NCBI RefSeq assembly: GCF_964204645.1
Contig: NC_134035.1
Location: 8,650,451-8,714,450, forward strand
From: Tubulanus polymorphus
Taxonomy: Eukaryota > Animalia > Nemertea
Direction of reading: 5' to 3'
DNA length: 64,000 bases
Of this stretch, positions 49,101-61,793 are shown piece by piece (position 1 is the stretch's first letter; each line of letters opens with the position of its first letter). Below the pieces are notes generated by a model, which was not told the origin of the DNA, made no database searches, and saw only the letters and a list, made by a program, of their open reading frames with translations. The position numbers and the translations under genes were made by a program.

Positions 49101-50176
49101 AATGATCTCAGTGAATATCCGCCATATACCCATATGATTACTCATTGTTTTTCTTTTTTTATAGTTTTTTTAGCATTTCGTGAAATTATCATCGCGAATA
49201 ACTTGATTCGCTTGTCTACATCATATTAATGTATATTCTATTTTTTCTACTATAGATCGATCCGTTCTTAGTAATGATAATGATGATAATGATAATCATT
49301 TATTATTATTCGTTTTCACTTATTTTATTCATTTTCACTGGACTACATTACAAGATAAGGTTATTTTCACAATTCGGAATAACGAGAAGATGTTGAATGA
49401 GGGACCCAGTGCAAGCCTTTCAGAACTGTACTTACAAACACTCGTGAGGCACTGGACCCACGTGCAATACACGCAATAGAAACAAGAAAAAAATGGTTGT
49501 ATCATTATTTTTGGTATCATTTAAAAAAACTCAAACTCGGAGCTAATTAGTACTGACATCTTCACTTTTTGGTAACAATGGCACTAAATCATCTTTTTGT
49601 GCGTAATACCAGCCCGTGCTTGCAGAGGTTTGCGGGCTCACAGTTGGTCGCATTACAATCCGCGGTTGTATTGTTTAGAGCTTGTTATCAAATCCGACTT
49701 CATCTAGAGATTAGGCACCGGGCCAACTTTGTCACCAGCAACAGTGCGACGAGCTTCGAAATACTTTCAAACATTTTTTTTTAGTTGTCCCGGGTTTCCG
49801 ATGCACGAGCATCAGTGAAACCGATGCAGTCCATGGACACCAAATCTGACAAAATAACGAATCCACTTGAGCGCAGACTGACCACGCTATTCTTTTGTGC
49901 GTGCGATTGTTTGTAAGTTTTCTGAGACGGCAAGTCGTCCCAACAGGGTCCATTTTAATTATCTGTTTGTCCCACACCGCAACCAACGTCGACGAGAGAT
50001 CCATCGCTAGCTGCGTGACGTCACTGGTCGGATAATGAAAGAAACACACCGCTGTATATCACGCGCGTTGTTTTCACAAACATCGAGAAGAAAGCGATAT
50101 TCGAAAAAAGAACCGTTTATCAATCAATGAAGATTTCCAGGTGGTTGTCGAGTAAAGCAGTTGCCGGGAGACACCA

Positions 50177-50516
50177 GGGGTCGGTTGCATAGTCATGGCT
50201 TAGACTTAAGACCAGTCTAAGACCAACTTAGTTCTATAGCCAATCCAACAACTTAAGACCAGTCTTAAGATTTAAGACCAATTTTGGACTTAAGTCACGA
50301 CTGTGCAACTGGAGCCAGGAATATAACCGAGTTACCAACTGTAGACATTAGTGAACGTTGAAAGTGAAGCCACAGGGGCCAGTTGCTATTCGTGACTTAA
50401 GTCCAAAGGTGATCTTAAATCTTAGGACTGGTCTTAAGTTGTTAGATTGGCTATAGAACTAAGTTGTCCTTAGACTGGTCTCAAGTCTAAGCCATGACTA
50501 TATGCAACCGGCCCCT
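50177..50516. mobile_element. Two inverted copies of a ~145-bp CTTAAG-rich MITE (PIF/Harbinger-like, CWG flanks)
   Basis: Copies ~50177-50325 (+) and ~50375-50515 (-); TIR GGGGCCRGTTGCA; internal GACTTAAGACCAGTC repeats. Confidence 0.72.
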
Positions 50517-52304
50517 GGAGGTTCTAATTTTTTTACTGCCAGAAGTTCCTTATAACTTTGTAGAAGGCATATCACTCTGTGTTGTTTGATTGTTTGTTGT
50601 GCCTCATCTTACTTTGGAATCTCCAATCTGAGATACATAGACAAAGCGCTATGTGAGTCCCGTACAGATTTGGAGACAACCTAACAATTCCGAACGAACG
50701 TAATCTTTTTCCTATTAAAAGAAAATTAGTTTGAACAAAATTTAAAAAAGAATCGGGATTTTCAACACGCGAATGAATCTCACTGCGTCCTTCTGATAAC
50801 CACCACGAATCATCGACATCTACGCTCATCATTCCCCGATGAGAATCATTAGTCGCGCTTAATACCTTACAAAACCCGTTCGTATAGAACCTTTCATACA
50901 GCCATTTATTGAATAAACCTAATATCACCCGAACACAGACACGCAGAAATGAATAGAGACGCTGCATGCAAAATCACTTAAGAGGTTTCGCTATCAATTT
51001 CAGATATTGCATCTTCGTTCTCTTTATCTCCGGCAGCTGATGTAGATATTTTATATTCGCCCGCTAATAATACAAAGTATGATAAATCCCAATTTGAAAT
51101 CAGATTACAAGAAGTCGTAGAAACGTAGCTTCGATATATGAATGATGTGACGTTTCGAGTCGCTTCGGGCCATCGCGCATTGTTGTCCGTGACACGAGAG
51201 CAATTCGGTCAATTATGTCGGACGCTTTTTGTCGTTGCTTTGAAACATGGTCAACGCGCGCATTGTCGTCGAGTCGTATTCTTCGAGGTATTTCCAGCCT
51301 CCGAGAATGGTCTTTCTCGTTTTTCAAATCAAACGTCGATAATAGAAGATGACACCGAGCCGTCAAGAAGTTAAATGAATGATTGGGAAATGCACGGCCC
51401 CGGGTCAGACAGGTGGTATTCGGGAGAAGGGTAGGCGGTCATCTTTCTCACACACGACCATCATTGTATCCAAAAAAGAGAACAGTGGACGCGACGAATG
51501 TTTTCGGAATGAGATGAAACCGATATTGTCGACATGAAATTGATATTTCACGTATGTCTCTGACGGACATTCGATACGCAAGAACTTTCACTTCATGATT
51601 AAAAGACCATAACAAATAATATACTATCATTAATGTATTGAGATATAGTCTTACATATATTGAATTACTATCCTGCTCATTTCATTTGAAAGTAAGCGAT
51701 GGCCTGACAGGTGACATGAGGTATCTCCCTCGATGTGCCCACCCTGGCAATGACCAGTCACGAGTTTATAAAGATATTACAGGCGTCTGGTTAAGGATTT
51801 TGCAAATATCTCCGATTTTGCATACAATGTCTGGTTATGCCGGTATATAAGGTGTTCAAACGGACATCGTCTCAATTCATCACCGACCTCATCAACCGAG
51901 GCATATTTTCCACGTGGGCTGTGTCTGGACACCGGACGGTCACGTGACCGATGATTACTACTTACTAAGTTCGAACACAAAAAAAACTGTTGTTCGGCAA
52001 AGAAATGATGAAATTACAGGTTACGAGTGAAATCCAGTTTCCAACGTCGGAGGTATCCCGATGACAATGACAAGAACAACGGCTTTCAAGGCTGTTTTCG
52101 TCGAAATATTCCACCCCGTTACAATCGTATTATAAGTAGATCCGCAGAAGAACCTTGTTGACCGGGTATAGTATAAATACAATTCAATTCAAACTTTATT
52201 CAGTTAAAACGTGTACAACTCTTGTGCCCGACTTTGTGCATTCATACAAGAGGTTAAAACAAAAAAAAAGAATAAAACACATGAGAGCCAATGAAGATGT
52301 GTAA

Positions 52305-52454
52305 TACTTTATCGATTAACTATTTTGTTTGACGCACGAGCTTTCGCTACTAGTGTATTTAGCAGCTTCATCAGTAGAATGGGCACCTGATAAAGCTACT
52401 ATACACTTGTAGCGAAAGCTTGTGCGTCAAATGAAAAAGTTAACCTATTAAGTA
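52305..52454. mobile_element. Palindromic hammerhead-bearing element (second, centre-deleted copy at 40381-40500)
   Basis: - arm: CTGATGA (52374-52368)-A-GCTGCTA/TAGTAGC-GAAAG-CTC-GTGC. + arm: GCAC-CTGATAA(52387-52393)...GAAAG-CTT-GTGC. Confidence 0.62.
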
Positions 52455-53944
52455 CTACTTATCTCGTTGTAATTATCATAGGTGGGCTTCTGGCATTGTT
52501 TCAAACGTAGAAAACTTACAAGAAAAAGTGTACACTGCATGTTTTTCTAGATTTTTTTCGATTATTTCATAGTGGTTTAAATGTAAATATACTGACTGAG
52601 ATATTGTCAATGAATACATCGATCATTAGCATCATAAATCTGATGAGTGACTATAATTTACGGGTATGTAATCATGTGAAATTCTACCCTGAATACTTTA
52701 TGAAAATGTGATGACCATTTCATTTCGCGTGTCACCCAGAATAAACCGATCAACGCGAATTTGACACTTAATTGAAGTTGCTCCACAGTTGCTATGGCGT
52801 CGCTTTCAATATTCGTGTAATTGGCTTCATTTTGAAGTATATAGCGTGGCTCGTGGACATTAGTTTATAACTCGCAGGCAAATGCGGGGTGCTTGTGGCA
52901 CATGACCCCCCGATGAGTCCCGAATGGCCATTTCGCATCACCCTGCAAGGCATTTTGCATCGAGCCTTCTCGACACGGCCGGCGAAACTTTACTAGCCCG
53001 ATCAGAAAATAGTCTATTGTCAAAGGCTCGCGGTTTCTTGGCCCATCGGACGTTTCACTCTCGAAGAGTGGTCAAACATAAATGTCGTTCTAAACCAACG
53101 AAGCTCAATTCTAATGGATGTAATTACGACCGAGGGGCCCGTATTAATGTTCTTCTCGGTTTCGTCGCCATAAGAAAAATGCCATCATAAATTTAACGCG
53201 TTACCATTAAACGATCATGTGCTTTTATGTTATTCGGTGTGGTTGCCAAAAATCATTCGCTGACCAGAGCCGCGCCTCGGGTGTTGCGCGCACTGATAGC
53301 TCAATAAATGATGAGACCATTATTAGAAATCAATAAACGGCAGATATTATCGGCCCGGGACCCGGGCTGACTGGATTTTCAGTCAATGCTCGCGCTATCA
53401 CGCGGTTATTGTGAATGAACTGATCGTAAAACGACACGCGAAACAAAACGCCGCGGTCACAAACGCATAAACCCGAATCATAAAATAGTCATCAAATTTA
53501 CCGTAATGTGTTATAACTACATAAACTCTTTCACCATCGCATTGTCGCTTCGTTGTAGGTCGCGTCAAAAGAATCAAAGGAAATCAGATGAGAAAACTGT
53601 GGTTTTTTCATAAATTCATAAAAACGATAACGACGGGTTGTTTGATTGTTTGCCGTGCCTCCGAGTTACTTTCAACATCTTGTTTACGAATCTCCAGTCA
53701 GGGAAACATTCACATAGCGCGCTGCGTGAGGACTCACAGATTTAGGAGGTGAACTCTTTCCACACCAAAGGTGACCACCGAAATAGGAAATCAGCTCGGA
53801 AAATGTTTTTTAATAGCTTGAAAAATATACATGATGGCATTTCCCGAATTTAAAAGGACTGTTCTGATTATGTAAAGGTTCCTGTAACAATATTGTATTG
53901 AGCCCAGTTTTTACTTCTAATCTATTTGAGTTTAAAACCCAGTC

Positions 53945-54365
53945 AGGGTCAGGTTTGTAGACTGGTGTTTACTTCTACCCGGGGGTTAAGTTAATTGAAG
54001 TTATCCCGTGTTAAAGATACCAGTCTATTAATCTAGGCCCAGGATACAGTTTCATCAACTCGACTTAAGCTAACTCTATATAGAATGTCTTGGAATGTCG
54101 GGGGTCATTTTCATTGTGATGGCTTAGACGTAAGACCAGTCTAAGACCAACTTAGTTCTATAGCCAAACGAACATAAGACCAATCTCATGATCGAAGACC
54201 ACTTTTTGACTTCAGTCTTGATTAGTGAAATTACCCGGGAGCTATAGGTCCACAGTTGTGGCTAAAGCCCATAGTCGTCTTGCATCTTAAGACTGGTCAT
54301 AGGCTATAGAACTAAGATGGTATTAGTCTGTTCTTAATCTAAAGCATGACCGAGCATCTAGAACC
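53945..54365. mobile_element. MITE cluster: short TIR element (~53945-54042) plus two degraded inverted copies of the 50.2-kb MITE family
   Basis: TAGACTGGT/ACCAGTCTA inverted ends with CAG flanks; AAGACCAGTCTAAGACCAACTTAGTTCTATAGCC at ~54132 and a reverse-complement copy at ~54300. Confidence 0.6.
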
Positions 54366-57300
54366 TAAGAAGAAACCGATCGCGCGCTGGTTTTCCAGCT
54401 AGAGACGAAAATATCACTTCTTAAGATCAGTAAACAATGATTGGGTTTTTTTTTCATCCACTCTGTCACTGTCAGGGTCATAATGACAAAGCGCGGCTTA
54501 AAACCGGGATTCGTAAACGGTTTAATTACGCTCACGACTGCGGCTCGGCGTGGCGGCGAGTGACCGAAAATCATGGCCAGATTTTACCAATATTCAACCG
54601 ACGCCATTAACCACCTTGTCTTACACTAATCCGGTCGTGGTCATCGATATCCATTGACTTCATCTTACCAAATCTTTTCTAATCTCTGACCGTATAATGT
54701 TATAATCCATAACATGATTAATAGTAACCAATAGCCCGGTCATTTATAACCAGCTTATGCTGTTATTAAGCCGCATCCATTTAGAAGCCGGTCAACATTT
54801 GATTATGATTCGGTGACGGGATGAAATCAACGCGTCAGATAATGAACGATAGCGATCGGATTAGCTCGGACGGCTGGTATTGTGCCGAATCGATGCCGAC
54901 CTCGTCCATTGACGGTCCGGTATTTTTCTCGCGGGCGATACGACATAGATGCGTTTATAACGCTTTGTCATAGGTGTCAAAGATTAGTCGGTCCATTGGT
55001 CAACGTGTGGCCTGGTAAGGTTAAGGAATTTCCTCGTGGACCTTCTTCTATTGTCTGATCGAAGATTTATTCAGCAAAATAAAGACAAACCCGAGCGCAA
55101 AAGTTGCCGCAAATTGATACCTACAATTCGAGGGTAAGAAAATAATTCGTTCGGCTTTACAAATCATGTACATCTCTTATGGGTTTAAGTACTAGTACAT
55201 ACTTAGGGTAGACGACCTTAACTCGATACAGGTCTACTCGTAAATCTATCGATCTCAAAGATGAGATATTTTCAGTCCAAACGCATCCTTTATGTATCAA
55301 TTTTGATTGATTTGAAAGTCAAATCAACTGACTCGTAGCGTAGAATTGATGGAATTTCAACCACCTGACGTTGATTGAAACGTGGAATTAGAATTAGATA
55401 ATGTTAATGAGCCACGATCGTGCATCTAGCCCTAGGTTCTTAATCGGAACCGATCGCGTGCTGATGTTCTAGCTAAAGGGACAGGAGATCAGTTCTTAAG
55501 ATCAGTAAACAATGATTATTTTTTTATATATACCATCACGTGTTATCTCATAATCTGCATTAAGACTGAATCGTAATTATTAGAATCAGATTTTAGCCGG
55601 AATAAAAAATAGATCCGAGTCAACATTTTTTCTTTATTCGCTCTGGTGATATCTGGATATCAGCAGCCGATGTTAGAATATCGGTGAATTATCGTTCTGC
55701 TGGCTATATTACCCACTTGGTCGTGGTTAATGTAGCAATATGATTTGGGCAATATGCTGTGAAGAAATTAGTCCTCAGAGCGAATCGACATCAAGATTAA
55801 TCCGAATCGCCGATAGAGCACTCGACAAACATCATAAAAATCATTAAAACAGTCGAAATAAAGAAACGTCGGCCGAATGAACGATTCCGGTAGTGCGCTC
55901 GCTCGAGTGTTCGGCTAGTTGATAATGGTTACTAAGCGAACGTTTACACTTGACGGTCAGCTGGACTGGTCAGAATTCGGATACAATATCCACTGACCGG
56001 AAGGCTCACCTCTCCGACGCGCAGTGGTAAAAACTTGTCTTTTATGGCTGTATAATTGGTTTCGTTTAGTTGCCTCGTGTGGCTTCGCTATTGATTTCGT
56101 TGACCGGTGTTTGTCGCGGTGTAACTCCCCGTCTTGACCATCGTCTGCATCGACGGGCGATTTATGTGTCGATAATTGGTATTGTTTACGACATTCGTGG
56201 CATAAACCCGCGATCATCGTCGCTTAAAACCATCCCTCGAAAGCACATTAACTCGTATAATTCTTCTCGATATTTTCTACGTTGGCCATTCGTCATTCTC
56301 TCCGGTAATTTGCGTCAGTGATTTGTATCTAGGCTCGAGGGATGGGAATTGAGTCTTTACGATAATTGTTATGATAATAATCTATTTTTTACATTGAAAT
56401 TATAACATAATAAAACAAGCATCATGTATAATTAAGTTAGATAAATATATGAATGTGTTGCAGAATTGTAATGTCCCAAGAAGCAAAACGCTTGTAATAA
56501 TGGGTCACCTCACACAGCCAAATACACGTCCACACTATCCCGAAAGATTAAAGAAAAATTCCATTATATAATGAATTTTGAAAAATGTATACTAATTGAT
56601 GTATGAAGTCTTGGTATGAGAAGTTACTATTAATACGCAATTAAGTGTCAAGGGAATCTTCCATTTGATTCTATTCTGTCTTTTGTTTCCGAGACAGCTT
56701 CGGCCTGCGTCGTTAAAGAACGCTTTTTTTCGTGAAACACACTTTTTGTTAAGGATGGTAACGTGACTGATCTCTTCGAAGTCCCGACCCCCCTGTCAGT
56801 CCCCACTTAGCGCGCGAATTGCGGGGGAAGGAAGATAATTATAACTGGATACGAGAGAAGCAGGTATTAGGATAGTAATGTGAAATTCGGTACATGTAAT
56901 TTTCATTCTATTTCGAACTACTTTCGAATTGGGTTTCGAATACCCTATTGAAATCGGGCGATCGAAATCAATTCAAATCGTCGTGTCTTTTGTTTTCGGA
57001 CACGCGGTCGAATTTAAAAGACCGTTTATCAAGTTTCACCGTTCGGACCACGTGCGCAGACGAACTGACCAATCGTCGTCGCCCGATTCCGGATGGAAAG
57101 TCGTTAGACAATGTTGTCCGCCCAAGTGGAAATGAAAGGATACAAAATGGTAATTGCTTCATGCAAAACTAGCTGGAACGTTGACGCTTGCTGGCAAACA
57201 AACTCACTGACTACGGGCCGGACGCGTGCACCGGAGCACGTGTCTGACTCCGGCGCGTGCGCGCTCAGGTCGCCAGTGGATGTCGCATTGTGTGGCGGTA

Positions 57301-57935
57301 CTTCGCCGAGAACATTAGGAAATGTCCCCACAATTGAAACGTAATCAAAAACGAGTCCGGGTTAAATATCCTCAATCAACCCGGCTTAAAGATTCAAGGA
57401 AACGGAACGGTGGCTTATTATATTTTAATTTCATCTCGATGGGTTTTAAATTTCCGAAATCCCGACGTGCCGTTTTAAGTCAGGTCGGTCTGTGGCCGGG
57501 CACGGCGCTTGTTCGATTGTGCAAACATCTGAACCTGTCAGGGCCAAACGTTCGCCGTATTTACTCCGGTAATGTTTGACAAATCGTTGTATTATTCTAT
57601 AATTAACTTTGTGGACGTAACGTGGAAAAGTCACAAAAACAAATTATTACAATTAATAATCCGGCTGCGGGACGATCATTTAGTTAATCGTGTTCTGAAT
57701 GCCGAGTCGATGGGGTTGGTGCGCTGTGATATTTGATTTGTCGATTTTCTGCCGGCTTCTCTGTTTTTCCACATTTTCTCAAACTACTGTTTTATTAACT
57801 ACATTATTCTCTAAGACTAATTGCACCAGTTTATCTATAATAACTTGCAGAAAAAAAAACATACCGCCGTCAATAAGACTTCTTAGAACCACATTATGAA
57901 AAGCCACGATAAAGCGCGGGGAGAGAACGTTATGA

Positions 57936-58488
57936 TAAAAACCGACTATTTACGGATTAAAAAGTTTTGGAAACCGATAATTCATTGAGTCCAAAAACAT
58001 AGACAACACCTGACGATGATGACTGTAAGGAACTGATATAAATCTCGGTATAGTTAACGAATAAAAACCCACAGTGGATTTGTAGAAAAAGTTTATTTTC
58101 TTACTGTTTCGAGGTTGAAACTAAACCTCATCTTCATGAGGAACAGATAATACAAATAAAATTATTGCATTTTTTGTTCCTCTGGACCCAGTTCTACAGT
58201 TCTGAGTTAATTTTAACTCTAGAGTTAACTCATTGAAAATCAACTAACTTTAACTCAGAGTTAACTCTAACTCACAACTGTGGAACTGGAGATCAGGTTT
58301 AGTTTTAACCTCGAAATTGTTAGGAAATAAACTGTTTCTACAAATCTACTGTGGATTTTTCATTCATTACCTGACGACGATCTCTATAAATAGGGTAAGA
58401 TCGAAGCGTCGTGTCTTTCAATATATTTTTTAACCGAACAAACTATCGGTTTTTTTAAAACTTATAATCTGTAAAAAGTGGGTTTTTA
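57936..58488. mobile_element. Nested palindromic hammerhead-bearing elements with an internal MITE
   Basis: Outer IR 57936-58488 with core CTGACGA at 58371; inner IR ~58056-58368 of the 996-1308 family; MITE ~58184-58292. Confidence 0.6.
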
Positions 58489-61124
58489 CTATATTTTTAG
58501 AACCTTAATACTTTTGAAGGGTCTTCGCAGTCCGAACTGCAGGGATCTTTGTAATGAAATTGTCAAATTGTGGCTTTCACAGATCTCTTTAATAAATAAG
58601 CTGAGTGCATGACGAAAGAAAATCGGTTTGATCGATAATGGAAGCTTGGTCTTGATTTCAAATCCGGCCCATTGAAACTTAAATAAGTCCTTTAATGACG
58701 TATAATTATGAATACGGGAGATGATGGAAGCATCGTGAACAGAACGCGGGATGACGCCGACGGGAGGGATTACCGATATACCTGAGATTCTATCCGTCCT
58801 CATAATTCCAATCGTTCTTGTGTCAGGAACAGTTGTACATTGAGCGCATTTATATCGCCGTTTGACGTCGTCGGGTTCCTGTCTAACTATATAATATACC
58901 GGCTCCATGGTACTTACACCTCTCCTCGTAATAGCTCTCTATTACCTGCCGTGTAAAAATCATTATTACGAAATTGAATTGAATTGACGAAATAACATAT
59001 TTTCGATCCGATGTAATTATAGTCGATATTCATTAGTTTTATTTATAAAAACATTAACGCAATACCCAAAATTTGGTGAAAATTTCCACGGAATAATTTT
59101 AGCCTGTAAATCGTTCATGGTGCAACTAACCAGTACCATGGACACGTCCATGCCAGTACCGAACATCATAACTTTTTGTGTAGTATTTAGTTACTTGTTT
59201 AGGGTGACTGAGTTTCCTCAATGCTTTTGTATACTACTCTCACGATTAAATACGTTTCTCGCAGGATTTTTTAGAATATGCCTTAAAGATGAAAATATCC
59301 GAATCGTTCGAGCGACCCAGTGTTTAGGAAGTGACTGATATGACTATGAAAGCGATGGAACTGAATCCAGCCACGAAAAAAAAAATATGAAAAATTCAGC
59401 CAAAGATGAAAAGAACTGCCTGGTAACTGCCATGTTCAAAAAGCTTCGTTCCGTTCTGCTATATACCGAGTAGTTTTCAGGCTTAAGATCGATCACTCGC
59501 TCCACGTGAAATTCACCCCATCAACATTGCCGTTAATGCTAATACTTATCTAAAGCCATTTAACTGTCAGTTTCAGGTGACAGCGTCGATATTAGAGTAG
59601 AAATACACGGGGCAATCACATCCCAATATCCATTTCCATACCTCATCGGCGCACTCCAATAAAATTTAATTATGACTGCCTAGCGGTCGTGTCAGCTGTA
59701 GAAGACGGCGGCTCCTCGAGCTAAAGATGGGATCAAAATCAGAGAAAAACTAGACGATATTCATAAATTGACTCTTAATTAGGTTCTTATGTCGGCGAAT
59801 TGATTTATTCAACGTAGTTTATAATTGCGATTCCCTGGACGCAATTCAAAGCTCTTCTTACAGAATATATGATTTCAAGCTGTTCTAATTAATCGAATAG
59901 ATATCATTATAGATTGAATGTGCTTAATGTGATCGTGAATTAATTTAACAAGATCTGGATACACATAACAAACAACGGCGAGATTATTCATTATTGATAT
60001 TTGAAAAAGAATCAATTTTGATTCCTCACTTTTGACAAACCACGGTGAAAGTTGGTCGCAATGTCCCTTTTCAGGCAAAAAGTTCATATTTTCACCATTT
60101 TCCATTTTCTTAAAACGATTCAGCACATGCCACGTATCAATGGCTGGAATATACCAAACACTCGTATTAATATATGCATGATTCGCAGCACTGTATTTGA
60201 TGACCGCCTGATACTTAGAAATATTCAGACGCCAATTTAACGCACCTGTGTGGTGATATCACATTAAATAGTACGTTCAAATGGATATTAAAACCTCAAT
60301 TACATCGTGTTCCTCATAATCGACGCGTTTATGTGATTTGAAAGTATAGTTTTCGAATATTGCCGAACGGGTGCTTAAAATGAATTACCCATATCTTACC
60401 GCGACAATGTAGGCTACACTGAGTTTAACTAGGACATAACGTGTTTGGTACTTTGTGACTAAAGCAATATGGGCACATTATCCCTTTAGCCCCGGTCATC
60501 AAACATAATCTATGACAATATATACATGTGGGCTACTGCAATTCAAAAATTATAAATAGACAACTTAATGGCCATTCGGACTTTCTGTTCATTCATTGAT
60601 TTCGTAGAATTTAGAACTGTTATTTGATAGTTCATTTGGAGGGAAAGTAGTGACTAAAACAGTTCGCTAGTGGTCCATTGATGATATCGTAGAGTATTCA
60701 GGAATCAGTGTTTTACTGTTGACAAATTCGAGTCGAAACATATCGTATCGAGTCTATAAGTTGTACCCATAAATGTAGAAAGGAGATAATAAAACTGCCG
60801 TATAATTGATAAACTACAATGATCGCATCCTGATCGGTTACAATACGAAATGTGTTGAATGCTCCTCAACTCCCGGAGGAGATGCGGAATCTATTTCTCC
60901 GACACAACAACGGTTTAATCTTTATGACGAGAAGTAATTGAGTGACACCCACTTTCAAAAGGCGACCGGCTCATTACGAGCGCATTATCCGTAATTTCCC
61001 TCAATCGAGCGGACACGAAAAGCCGTGTTTTACCGGTAAACCCCTCCTCGGCGAAGCCGTCGAGCTACCGTCGTATTTAAATGTGAATTATGAGTACGCT
61101 AATGGGAGGGATTAATCGCTCGGT

Positions 61125-61185
61125 CGCCGGCCAATAAGCTGCGTCACAGCTTTGCACGACTGTCGCAAAACGGCGTATAAATCCG
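61125..61185 (+). promoter_or_regulatory. Putative Dbx core promoter (CCAAT + TATA)
   Basis: GGCCAAT at 61129-61135 and TATAAAT at 61176-61182, ~250 bp upstream of the ATG in a CpG-rich stretch. Confidence 0.55.
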
Positions 61186-61423
61186 AAAGCTTGACTTCTT
61201 TACGGGCATTATACTCGACACGAAAGAAAAGCCATCACCACGCGTTAAAATACCTCGCACCACCAACCGACTTCAGTTTAACGGACTATCTTCAGGACGA
61301 GGAAGAGAACAGAGGATCCATTTCTAAAACTGATGTCACAATATAGCTAAGGATTAGAACTGATCAGATAATTTCGAACTATTCGTCGTAATTTGTGCAT
61401 AAACTTCGGTGCCAAGTAGAACC

Positions 61424-61793
61424 ATGCTTGCGCACGATTTAGCCAAAATGTACGGAGGAGTGATCGCGCCTTCTCCTTTGTATCAGAACGTTCTCCGGGC
61501 GGCCCAGCTTCACCATCAAGGCGCCCTGCCTCAACCTCTCATCAATCACGCGTCGAACTCTTTTCTCGTGGAGAACTTGCTTCGGGACGGCGGAATGGTG
61601 ACATCTCGGCCGTCGCGACTTCAGACCGGCGGCAGTCCGCCGCTGCACCGGGCGTCGCCTAGCCCGGTGAAAGAACATACCAGAGACTTATCGGTTAGTA
61701 AAGACAGTAGTAATAGTTCGCCGTCGACGCCTTATCTTAAATTCGGAGTTAACGCTATACTATCACCAGACATATCGCCGAAGACTAGTCCAA
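61424..61793 (+). CDS. Dbx: Dbx (developing brain homeobox) exon 1; homeobox exons not seen in the window
   Basis: MYGGVIAPSPLYQNVLR, SFLVENLLR and YLKFGVNAILS...KTSP match the vertebrate Dbx1 N-terminal motifs (MMFPGLLAPPAGYPSLLR, SFLVEDLIR, FLKFGVNAILS...ETSP). Donor GTAAGT at 61794 (phase 1). Alternative in-frame ATG at 61448. Confidence 0.9.
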
